Positions 1-8,299 of a stretch of DNA of 64,000 bases are shown here, one piece after another. Within the stretch, counting starts at the first letter, position 1. Each line of letters begins with the position of its first letter. The notes beneath the pieces were generated by a model. The model was not told the DNA's origin and did not search any database. It saw only the letters and a list, made by a program, of their open reading frames with translations. The position numbers and the translations under genes were made by a program. The DNA is taken from contig CAWETW010000003.1 of NCBI GenBank assembly GCA_963812155.1, positions 224,001-288,000 on the forward strand. The letters are read 5' to 3'. Source of the stretch: Vulcanimicrobiota bacterium (GTDB taxonomy: Bacteria; Vulcanimicrobiota; Vulcanimicrobiia; Vulcanimicrobiales; Vulcanimicrobiaceae).

Positions 1-995
1 CGCTCCTCGCGATATGCGTCGAGCGTTGCAACGCCCGCCGCCATTCCCAACGGATGGCCGCTGAAGGTGTGGCCGCTCGGAAGCGGGTGCGCGTCGAAGT
101 GCGACGCGAGCGGCTCGCGCACCGCAACGCCGCCGAGCGGAACGTACGCCGACGTCACGCCTTTGGCGAACGTGAACATGTCGGGCACCACGCCGAAGCG
201 TTCCGACGCAAACGCGGCGCCGGTGCGGCCGAAGCCGGTCATCACCTCGTCGAAAACCAGCAGAATACCGTGGCGATCGCACAGCGCGCGCAGGCCCTGC
301 AGGTAGCCTTCGGGATAAACGACGACGCCGTTCGATCCGACGACGGGTTCGATCAGCAGCGCTGCGATGCGGTCGCCGCCTTCGTACGTGACGATTTCCT
401 CGAGGTGCGCGAGCGCGCGTTCGCATTCTTCGGCGGCATCGCGCGTGAAGAACGGGCTGCGATACGGAAACGGCGCAAAGAAGCGCACGACGCCGGGAAG
501 GCCGGGCTCGTTCGGCCAGCGCCGGTTCTCGCCGGTCAGCGTGCCCGCGCCCGGCGCCGATCCGTGGAACGACCGGTACGCGGTGAGCACTTTGTGACGC
601 CCGGTGATGGCGCGCGCGAACTTGACGGCGTCTTCGTTGGCTTCACCACCGCCGGTCGTGAAGAAGACGCGGCCCTCGCCGTTCCACGGGCCGATCTCGG
701 CGATCGCTTGCGCGAGCCGCGCCCGATTCTCGTCGCCGAAGCTCGGCGGCGCATATCCGAGTCGCGCGGCCTGTTCGCCGATCGCTTTCGCGACGCCGGC
801 GTGCCCGTGGCCGAGGTTGACCGCCACGAGTCCCGAGACGAAATCGAGATAGCGCTTTCCGCGGTCGTCGTAGAGGTAGCAGCCCTCGCCCCTAACGATC
901 GTCGGCGGCCGCCGGTTGCCTTGCGCGACCCAGGGGGTTAACACGTGACGAGCGTGGACGTCGGCTGGGTCTTCGTTCAATACGGTTTTCGACAT
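1..995 (-). CDS. Class III PLP-dependent aminotransferase (3' end runs off the window)
   Basis: Manual minus-strand translation from ATG 995: MSKTVLNED...GEGCYLYDDRGKRYLDFVSG...FFTTGGGEANEDA...YRSFHG...EPVVGSNG...FDEVMTGFGRTG...PDMFTFAKG. Absent from the ORF track because there is no stop in the window. Confidence 0.9.
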   Translation of the reverse strand, partial: MSKTVLNEDPADVHARHVLTPWVAQGNRRPPTIVRGEGCYLYDDRGKRYLDFVSGLVAVNLGHGHAGVAKAIGEQAARLGYAPPSFGDENRARLAQAIAEIGPWNGEGRVFFTTGGGEANEDAVKFARAITGRHKVLTAYRSFHGSAPGAGTLTGENRRWPNEPGLPGVVRFFAPFPYRSPFFTRDAAEECERALAHLEEIVTYEGGDRIAALLIEPVVGSNGVVVYPEGYLQGLRALCDRHGILLVFDEVMTGFGRTGAAFASERFGVVPDMFTFAKGVTSAYVPLGGVAVREPLASHFDAHPLPSGHTFSGHPLGMAAGVATLDAYREE

Positions 996-1033
996 GGGGC
1001 CAGGTATTGCACATTGTCGACAATCCTCCCCCG

Positions 1034-1107
1034 TGTGATCCTGAGCCCTTCGACTCGCTGCGCTCGCTCAGGACAGGCTCCGCGCCGGGGGCGCGCAGTC
1101 GAAGGAC
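1034..1107 (+). repeat. REP-like palindromic repeat, copy 1, with a nested inverted copy
   Basis: TGTGATCCTGAGC (1034-1046) ... GCAGTCGAAGGAC (1095-1107). The internal CCTTCGACTCGCTGCGCTCGCTCAGGACAGG is an inverted related unit. Confidence 0.8.
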
Positions 1108-1117
1108 GCGCGTCAGT

Positions 1118-1921
1118 CTAGGAAGCTCGCTGTGCCCTCGTAAGCAAGTACGTGTGATGGACGACGTTGTCGCTGTAATGCGGCGCGGCGAGCGCTTCGA
1201 ATTCTTCTCGAATCGCGGCAAGCCGCTGCGGATCGTCAGCCAGACTCTCGACGAGTTTTTGGAACGGTCCAACCGAGCTTTCGACGAATCCGCGATAGTG
1301 TCGTAAACTGAGCGCCGGCCAAATCATCACGCCGCTTTCGAACGAGGGCGCGCCGAAGTTGCCCGCGAGCCGCTCGGTAATGATTGACCGAACTCCCCAT
1401 TTTGGCGGCGGCTCGGCGCCGGGCGGCGGCGGGGGCGAGTTGCGACCGATGAACTGGAAGATCTGACCGATGAGCTCCTCGGGCGGCCACGTCGCAAATG
1501 CAACGCGGCCGTCTGGTTTGAGCACCCGGCGGATCTCGGCTACCACGACGTCGGGCCGCGGCGCGAACATGTGACCGAACTGACTGAGCACGACGTCGAA
1601 CGACGCATCGGGATAAGGAAGTCTCTCCGCGTCGCCCTCGGTCCATGCAACGTCGACGCCCGCGACCTTTGAGTTCTGCACGGCCTCTTGCAGCAACGCC
1701 GGCGTCAAATCGAGAGCGCTGACGCGTGCACCCGCGTTCGCCGCAGTAATTGCAGCAACGCCCGTCCCCGTACCGATGTCGAGCACCGTCTCGCCGCTCG
1801 CCACGCCGGCGAAGCCGACCAAATGCGCTGCAACCGGCGTTGTAAACATCGCCGTGGGCGCAAACGAGCCCCACATCTCGCGCTGCCGTTGCTTGAGTGC
1901 TGCAAAAGCGTCCGATTCCAT
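1118..1921 (-). CDS. Class I SAM-dependent methyltransferase (UbiE-like)
   Basis: VLDIGTGTG motif I; GDAERLPYPDASFDVV; EIRRVLKPDG. Confidence 0.9.
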   Translation of the reverse strand: MESDAFAALKQRQREMWGSFAPTAMFTTPVAAHLVGFAGVASGETVLDIGTGTGVAAITAANAGARVSALDLTPALLQEAVQNSKVAGVDVAWTEGDAERLPYPDASFDVVLSQFGHMFAPRPDVVVAEIRRVLKPDGRVAFATWPPEELIGQIFQFIGRNSPPPPPGAEPPPKWGVRSIITERLAGNFGAPSFESGVMIWPALSLRHYRGFVESSVGPFQKLVESLADDPQRLAAIREEFEALAAPHYSDNVVHHTYLLTRAQRAS

Positions 1922-1931
1922 AAGTTCTCCT

Positions 1932-2930
1932 TTACCGATCCGATGGCGTTTTTGGCGTCGCAGTGACGGTTATCGCGTAGGGGTACGTGTCGAGTGAGTA
2001 GGCGTGCTCCTCGGGCGATCCAGCCGGGTACGGAAACCCACCGACGCCGTATTCGTCGTTAATCGACTCGAGGTCGGTTACCAATGTGTCGTGATGAAGC
2101 CAAAATCCGTTCAGGTGGAGTTGTCCCGCGGCGATTGGTATCTCATCGATCTCCGTTGCCAGCCCGTTGTGGACGGAATAGCGGTGCATCGTATTGTCGT
2201 AGTTGTAGCCGACCAAAAAGTACTTGCCGTCCCATTGAATGCCGGCGCCGTCGGCGTCGGTCGTCGAGATGTTTACGGAAATGAGTTTCTTATGGCCCTT
2301 TTGAAGTTCGGCGTAGATCGCAATTCGGTCACCACCCTGACCGTCGGGGGCATAGCCTTGGATCACCAGATTTCCGTTATTATCGTAGGCGCAGTAGTTC
2401 CAAAACTGGAACGCGGCGTATGAGTACGTTTTCGGCAATCCTTGCGCTTGATGATAGATTTCGAGGTTTTGCTTGCGATGCGAGTCGCCCCACGTCACGA
2501 CGGCAAGGTCGCCACTTTCGGGATCTACTGCACAGCCCGTTGCAGGGTAAGAAAACAACTCGGCAATGGGTTGCGTCCCTCCGGGCGCGTATTCCAGCAT
2601 TTCTGCGCCATTTCTGCTTCCAGAACTGACCCAAATGTTGCCGGACTTGTCGGAGCACAACGTCCCCGATCCTTCGACCGAGACCTGTCCTAGCAGGACG
2701 TGGGTCTTGTAGGCATACGCATTTACCTCTTGGCCATCTGCAATATATACCACGAGCGAGGCCGTCTTGGCGGCGGGGCTCATCCACGAAGCGTGCCGGG
2801 TCGCAGCCGTTCGTAGTTGTGAGCCGGCGTCGACTGGTAAACCGACCTCACGATCTCCGGCACATGCGGACACCAACAATCCGGCCACTACAAGAGCGGT
2901 GCGTCCCATCGTCGAAATCGTCACGGACAT
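1932..2930 (-). CDS. Secreted lipoprotein, probable beta-propeller (NHL/YncE-like)
   Basis: Lipobox VSAC; blade-like repeats CSDKSGNIWV, CAVDPESGDLAV, CAYDNNGNL, IQWDGKY. Confidence 0.7.
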   Translation of the reverse strand: MSVTISTMGRTALVVAGLLVSACAGDREVGLPVDAGSQLRTAATRHASWMSPAAKTASLVVYIADGQEVNAYAYKTHVLLGQVSVEGSGTLCSDKSGNIWVSSGSRNGAEMLEYAPGGTQPIAELFSYPATGCAVDPESGDLAVVTWGDSHRKQNLEIYHQAQGLPKTYSYAAFQFWNYCAYDNNGNLVIQGYAPDGQGGDRIAIYAELQKGHKKLISVNISTTDADGAGIQWDGKYFLVGYNYDNTMHRYSVHNGLATEIDEIPIAAGQLHLNGFWLHHDTLVTDLESINDEYGVGGFPYPAGSPEEHAYSLDTYPYAITVTATPKTPSDR

Positions 2931-3001
2931 ATCCCTTTCTTACTGTGGCCGCACGGCATAACGCAACGGGCTTTCGATTCGTCTAAGGAGGAAACCCACT
3001 G

Positions 3002-3971
3002 ATGCGCATTCGCCTCGCCGAAAGGAGCATCTCCGTCGCATTGCTGGCCGCCATGCTGGCCGGCTGTGCCGGAACGTCGCAGACCACGCCTGCACGAAAC
3101 GCAGCGCTCGCGTCGGTGATGGCGCCGGCAGCGAGCGAACAGCAGAGCCTGCTGTACGTGTCTAATGCATCGAACGTTACGGTCTATACCTATCATAACG
3201 GCAGCGATATCAGCCAACTCGGCACCCTCACCGGCTTTACATCGCCGGGAGGAATGTGCACCGACAAAGCGGGCGACGTCTGGATAACCGATTACTATAG
3301 CCGTAATACCTACGAGTACGCGCACGGAGGCTCCGCGCCGATCGGCTCGAATTATGCCGAAAGTGGGATATCCATACGCGTGCGCGGTCGATAATGCGAC
3401 CGGCAATCTCGCGATTTCTTACGAGCATCCCAACGGACACTTTCGCAACTACGCCCTGGTCGTCGTTTATCCGTCGGGTATGGCGTATGCCCCGAAGACT
3501 GGCTTTGCCCGCACTTACTTCCTTGCGTACGACAACCAAAGCAATCTCTATACGACGGGCCACGCGTGCGGCTATTCCGACTGTTACCGCGAAGGAGACG
3601 TCCGGCTCTACAAGCTCGCGCCGGGAGGCTCGCAGTTCAAACTTGTTAACGGTCCGGCGCGACAATCGGATCCAAGCGCGATTGCCTGGGTGAATCCATC
3701 GTTTCTCATGGGGAACGGGCAATCGGGGAAGAATGGCCCCGCGGCGTTGAAAGTCCAAGTCAGCGGCAACAAGTCGACCATCGTCGGAAAGGTGAAGTTT
3801 CCGGACACCTATTTAACGTATGGATTTTCCATGCGCGCCGGTCTAATTATCGTTCCTGACTACGCTGCCAACGCGGTGCAGATTTACAACTTGCAGGATG
3901 GATCGCTCGTCAACAGCTTTACTGAAGGCCTCAATCAACCGTTTAGCGCCGTCGTCAGCCAGAAAGGATAG
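3002..3971 (+). CDS. Secreted lipoprotein, paralogous to 1932-2930; frameshifted near 3350
   Basis: Lipobox LAGC. ORFs 3002-3394 and 3354-3971 join into one protein with MCTDKAGDVWI, CAVDNATGNLA and LAYDNQSNLY blades. SD AAGGAGG upstream. Confidence 0.7.
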
Positions 3972-3976
3972 CGCTC

Positions 3977-4052
3977 GCACTTCGACTTCGCGGCTGCGGC
4001 CGCTGCGCTCAGCGTGACACCGGTGGCAGCGTGATACCGGTGGCAGCGGCAC
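3977..4052 (-). repeat. REP-like palindromic repeat, copy 2, plus short tandem partial units
   Basis: Reverse complement reads TGTCACGCTGAGC-hairpin-GAAGTCGAAGTGC; followed by CCGGTGGCAGCG x2; lies between convergent genes. Confidence 0.7.
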
Positions 4053-4062
4053 GCCTGCGGGG

Positions 4063-4209
4063 CTAGCGCAAGTTTATCGAGATGACGATGAGCCCTCCGG
4101 CGACGCTGAGCGCGAAGAACCCAATGAAGAGCCAGACGCCCAGGCGCTTCCAAAACTCGCGGCGGGCGCGCGCGGAACGCGTTTCGTGCCGCGTGCGCCG
4201 CCGCTTCAC
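4063..4209 (-). CDS. Small 48-aa single-pass membrane protein
   Basis: GTG start overlaps the rsfS stop (GTGA). Translation MKRRRTRHETRSARARREFWKRLGVWLFIGFFALSVAGGLIVISINLR*: basic N-terminus plus one hydrophobic helix. Confidence 0.6.
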   Translation of the reverse strand: MKRRRTRHETRSARARREFWKRLGVWLFIGFFALSVAGGLIVISINLR

Positions 4210-4550
4210 GGATTGCCCGCAACGCGGCGTTGATCCGCCGGCGACCAGAGCCGCTCGATGTTATAGAAATCGCGTTGTTCGGGCGTGAATACGTGGACGA
4301 TCGCGTCGCCGAGATCGATGAGGATCCAGCCTCCGTCGTTGTACCCTTCGACCTTGCGTACGCTGCCGCCGTTGCGTTCGACCGCCTCGACGATGGAATC
4401 TGCAATTGCGCGGGTCTGAATTTTCGAGCGCCCCGTGACGACGACAAAGGTGTCGGCGAGAATCGTTCGTCCGCCGACGTCGATGGCGGCAAAATCCTCG
4501 GCTTTTTTGTCGAGCGCGGCATCGCGCACGACGTCGATCAGTTCGCGGAT
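4206..4550 (-). CDS. rsfS: Ribosome silencing factor RsfS (Iojap)
   Basis: DKKAED...DTFVVVTGRS...EG...WILIDLGDAIVHVF...FYNIERLW. Start is either GTG 4529 or ATC 4550 behind the GAGGAGGT SD. Confidence 0.92.
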   Translation of the reverse strand: MRELIDVVRDAALDKKAEDFAAIDVGGRTILADTFVVVTGRSKIQTRAIADSIVEAVERNGGSVRKVEGYNDGGWILIDLGDAIVHVFTPEQRDFYNIERLWSPADQRRVAGNP

Positions 4551-5137
4551 ATGGAGACCTCCTCGAGCAGGTTCGGATCGATGCCGAAACTGCGGGCAGC
4601 CGCCGCCGTCGGCGGCGCGAGCGGTTTGCCTTTTGCGGCGTAGTGTCGAATGTTCAGCAGCAGCACGTCGCGCGTCGCGGCGTGCATATCGCGCCGCGCC
4701 AGCTCCCAGAGCTCGCGGCGCTCCGCGAAGCTGCGCGCCGGCTCGAGCGAGTCGGCGAGGTAGACGGTGCAGTCGAGCGGCGACATCTCACCGGCGCCCG
4801 TCGTGTGCTTCTCGATCGCCGAGAGTACGTCGCCGTCGCGCACGCCGAACATTTCGCGCGCCAATGCCGCGCCCAGACGTGCGTGCAGCAGCGTTGGATG
4901 CGCGCGTTCGAACGCCAGGATCGGCATTCCGCGCGCTTCGCATTCGTCGAGCAGCCGCTGCGTGTCGTACAGCCGGGCGAGATCGTGGAGCATGCCGGCA
5001 GTCCGCGCTTTGCGCGCGTCGGCACCGTGAATCTGCGCGAGCACGTCGGCACAGCGAGCCACGCGCACGCTGTGTGCGTAGCGATGCTCCTGTCCGATGT
5101 GGGAGCGTACGCGGCGCGCGAGTTCGCCGAACGTCAA
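4538..5137 (-). CDS. yqeK: HD-domain Ap4A hydrolase YqeK
   Basis: RYAHSVRV, AGMLHDLA, LLHA, AIEKHTTG, VYLADSLEP; TTG start overlaps the rimI stop. Confidence 0.88.
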   Translation of the reverse strand: MTFGELARRVRSHIGQEHRYAHSVRVARCADVLAQIHGADARKARTAGMLHDLARLYDTQRLLDECEARGMPILAFERAHPTLLHARLGAALAREMFGVRDGDVLSAIEKHTTGAGEMSPLDCTVYLADSLEPARSFAERRELWELARRDMHAATRDVLLLNIRHYAAKGKPLAPPTAAAARSFGIDPNLLEEVSISAN

Positions 5138-5673
5138 CGTTCGCAGCGCGCGCGCAACACCGTCAAGCGGTTGCGATACAGATCGCTCTTGAGATTCCCG
5201 GCCCACATCACCAGCGCGCTTTCGTTGTCGTCGCTGTAATACCCGCGGCGCATGGTAACGGTCGTGAATCCGTACTTACGATAAAGTTGCTGCGCGACGG
5301 TATTGCTCTCGCGCACCTCGAGCGTCATCCAGGCGGCGCCGCGCTGGAGCGCTTCGTCGATGAGCCGCAGCAGCATGACTTCGCCGAAGCGCCGGCCGCG
5401 ATAGGCCGGATCGACGGCAATCGTCGTGATGTGTGAGTCTTCGAGGATCACCCAAATGCCGCCGTACGCGACGACGCGGTCGCCGATTCGTCCGACGAAG
5501 TAGTGTGCGAGTTTGTTCGCGTTCAACTCGTTGTAGAATGCGTCCGGCGGCCAGACCGTCGAGAACGAAGCCTTCTCGATATGGGTTACGGCCGCGATGT
5601 CGGATGGCGCCATCGCAACGATCTCGAGCCGATCGTTCTCGGGCGCGGGACGCGCGTCGAGCTCCATCCTCAC
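5134..5673 (-). CDS. rimI: Ribosomal protein S18 alanine N-acetyltransferase RimI
   Basis: HITTIAVDPAYRGRRFG, LEVRESN, AQQLYRKYGF, RRGYY; follows tsaB. Confidence 0.92.
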   Translation of the reverse strand: MRMELDARPAPENDRLEIVAMAPSDIAAVTHIEKASFSTVWPPDAFYNELNANKLAHYFVGRIGDRVVAYGGIWVILEDSHITTIAVDPAYRGRRFGEVMLLRLIDEALQRGAAWMTLEVRESNTVAQQLYRKYGFTTVTMRRGYYSDDNESALVMWAGNLKSDLYRNRLTVLRARCER

Positions 5674-5683
5674 GGGCGGCGGC

Positions 5684-6334
5684 TCACAAGAATTTCGGCA
5701 CCTTCGCGGCCGGAAGTTCGCCGTAGTCGGCCGTTACGCCGTGCGGGCTGGGGGCGGGCTCGCATGCGGCGGCCGCCAGCGCTGCGGCGGCGGCGGGAGG
5801 CGTCACCAGGGGCTCGAGAGGATCCACGACGATTCGGCGTTCGGCAAGCTCTGCAAGCACGTCCTTCGAGGCGCCGATGACGACGAGCGTGCGGTCGTTG
5901 CCGGGTGCAATTTCGGCGATCGCATCGCGCGTGCGGCCCGAGGCTCGCCGCACCGCGCCCGCGTCGCGATAGCGCACCGAGACGACGCCCGGCCGGCCGG
6001 CGACGACCGCCAGCACGCGCTCCGGGTCGCGCCCGTATTCCAGCAGATCGAACGACGACACCGGCACGAGCGGAAGGTGCCACGCCTGTGCGAGCGACTT
6101 TGCGTAGGCGACCGCGATCCGCAGTCCCGTGAAGCTGCCGGGACCCGTGCCGACCGCGAGGCGGTCAATCCGTTCGTGTGAAATTCGCGCGTCCCGCATG
6201 ACGTCCCGCAGCATCGTCAGCCCGGCTTCGAGCGCGATGTTTCCGCCGGCGGCGCGCGCCGCAACGACGCGTCCTTCGGCGGCGAATGCGGCCGAAAATT
6301 CACCGAGCGCGCCGTCGATCGCGAGCACGTTCAC
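5684..6334 (-). CDS. tsaB: t6A biosynthesis protein TsaB
   Basis: VLAID, AVGTGPGSFTGLRI; GTG start overlaps the tsaE stop. Confidence 0.92.
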   Translation of the reverse strand: MNVLAIDGALGEFSAAFAAEGRVVAARAAGGNIALEAGLTMLRDVMRDARISHERIDRLAVGTGPGSFTGLRIAVAYAKSLAQAWHLPLVPVSSFDLLEYGRDPERVLAVVAGRPGVVSVRYRDAGAVRRASGRTRDAIAEIAPGNDRTLVVIGASKDVLAELAERRIVVDPLEPLVTPPAAAAALAAAACEPAPSPHGVTADYGELPAAKVPKFL

Positions 6335-6762
6335 GCGCGCACCTCGCGAACGTCGATCGTGCGCGGCGCGTCGCCGGCGCCGTCGATATCCACATCGTAG
6401 GTTCGCGTCGTTAGCAGTTGCGGCGCGTTGCGCCACCACTCGACGAAAACGATCGAAGTGCCGTCGAACGCTTCTTCGAGCCCGAGCTCGGTCAGTTCCG
6501 ACGAATCCTCGATGCGAAACAAGTCAATGTGGTCGATCGGCGGCTCGCCCGCGTAACGGTGCCAAAACGTGAACGTCGGACTGGTCGTTTGGTCGCGCCC
6601 GTGCAGCGCCTCGACCGCACAGCGCACGAACGTCGTTTTTCCGCTGCCGAGCGCGCCGGACAGCGCGACCACGTCGCCGCTTTTCAAGCCGCGTGCAAAA
6701 CGCTCGGCGAACGCGCGCATCTCGGCTTCGTCGCGCAGGATCGCATGCGACGGCGATTTCAT
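6331..6762 (-). CDS. tsaE: t6A biosynthesis ATPase TsaE
   Basis: LSGALGSGKTTFVR, TSPTF, HIDLFRI, VEW. Confidence 0.93.
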   Translation of the reverse strand: MKSPSHAILRDEAEMRAFAERFARGLKSGDVVALSGALGSGKTTFVRCAVEALHGRDQTTSPTFTFWHRYAGEPPIDHIDLFRIEDSSELTELGLEEAFDGTSIVFVEWWRNAPQLLTTRTYDVDIDGAGDAPRTIDVREVRA

Positions 6763-6867
6763 TGGTGACCGCGGTTATTCGTGCTTGGAGGCCTTCGAAG
6801 CGAATCCTCAGATTGGGCTCCATGCCGAGGATAGCGCGTACCGTTGCCGCGAACGGAAGCGGCGAAC

Positions 6868-8232
6868 ATGACGAACGTTCTCAAGGCTTTCGCTGGATGC
6901 ATCGTCGTTGCCGCGTTCGCGGCCGCGGGCTGCGGTTCATCGTCGGGCGGCGGTGGCGGCACGACGCCGCCGGTTCGGCCGACCCCGACGCCGTCGCCCA
7001 CGTCCCCGCCGGGTCAAAAGATTCAGCACGTCGTCATTCTCATTCAAGAAAATCGCACCGTGGATTCGCTGTTCAACGGCTACCCGGGCGCCGACACCGT
7101 GAAGCAGGGGCTCGGCCAAGACCTCAACCATCCCGGCAAACAGATCACGATACCGCTCAAGCAGATGCCGCTGCAGATGAACATCACGCCGATGAACACG
7201 CACCAGCAATTCCTCGCGGAGTACGATGGCGGAAAGATGGACGGCTTCAACACGGTGGAGGTGGAGCACAATCCGGGCGTCTACGTGTATCAGTATGCGA
7301 ATCCGGCCGACGTGCAACCGTATTGGGACCTCGCTAAACAGTACGTGCTCGCCGACCACACGTTCTCGACGCAGGGCAGCAGCAGCTTTACGGGTCATCA
7401 GGATCTGATCGCCGGCGGCACGCTCATCAACTCGACGCAAGCGATCATCGATAATCCGAGCAATCAGCCGTGGGGCTGCGATTCGCCGAAAGGCACGGTG
7501 ACGTCGCTGATTACGACCGCAGGCGACTATATGCCCAACGCCGGGCCCTTTCCGTGCTTCACCTATAAGACGCTGCGCGATCTGCTCGATGCGAAAGGCG
7601 TGAGTTGGAAATACTACGCGCCGGTCATCGGCACGGATTTCGGCGACTTGTGGAGCGCCTTCGATGCAATCAAACAAGTGCGCTACGGCCCGGAGTGGCA
7701 GAACAACGTTTCATCGGTGCACAATCTCCTCGGCGACATTTCCGGCGGCAAACTCGCGTCGGTCGTGTGGGTGGCTCCGGACTTCGCCAACTCGGACCAC
7801 CCGGGGTCGAAGCCGGATAGCGGCCCGTCATGGATCGCGCAGGTCGTCAATGCCATCGGCGGCAGCCAGTACTGGAACACGTCGGCAGTCTTCGTCGTGT
7901 GGGATGACTGGGGAGGGCTCTACGATCACGTCCCTCCGCCGCAGCTCGACTATCAAGGGCTCGGCATACGCGTGCCGATGCTGATCGTCTCGCCGTACGC
8001 GAAAAAGGGCGTCGTTTCACACACCCAATACGAGTTCGGCAGCCTGGTCAAGTTCGTCGAATCGACGTGGTCGCTGGGCAGTCTCGGCACGACCGACGTA
8101 CGCGCCAACCCCGTCACCGGCGCCTTCAATTTCAAGCAGAATCCACGGCCGTTTTCGGCGATTCCGTCGAAGTACTCACGCTCGTATTTCCTGCACCAGC
8201 GTCCGTCGCTGCGGGCGCCCGACGACGACTGA
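6868..8232 (+). CDS. Phospholipase C / phosphoesterase family lipoprotein
   Basis: Lipobox AAGC, Gly/Pro linker, IQHVVILIQENR, WDDWGGLYDHVPPP, GIRVPMLIVSPYAK. Confidence 0.88.
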   Translation: MTNVLKAFAGCIVVAAFAAAGCGSSSGGGGGTTPPVRPTPTPSPTSPPGQKIQHVVILIQENRTVDSLFNGYPGADTVKQGLGQDLNHPGKQITIPLKQMPLQMNITPMNTHQQFLAEYDGGKMDGFNTVEVEHNPGVYVYQYANPADVQPYWDLAKQYVLADHTFSTQGSSSFTGHQDLIAGGTLINSTQAIIDNPSNQPWGCDSPKGTVTSLITTAGDYMPNAGPFPCFTYKTLRDLLDAKGVSWKYYAPVIGTDFGDLWSAFDAIKQVRYGPEWQNNVSSVHNLLGDISGGKLASVVWVAPDFANSDHPGSKPDSGPSWIAQVVNAIGGSQYWNTSAVFVVWDDWGGLYDHVPPPQLDYQGLGIRVPMLIVSPYAKKGVVSHTQYEFGSLVKFVESTWSLGSLGTTDVRANPVTGAFNFKQNPRPFSAIPSKYSRSYFLHQRPSLRAPDDD

Positions 8233-8299
8233 CGCAACCCGCGGCGCGTTTTCGCGATTCCAGGGTATTTGTGAATGAGCCCGAACCTGTCCGTGCCGC

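Noticed and set aside
54..941. Long antisense ORFs (54-941, 8384-9898, 31135-32835, 44410-46365 and similar)
   Set aside because: Shadow ORFs opposite well-supported genes, expected in high-GC DNA.
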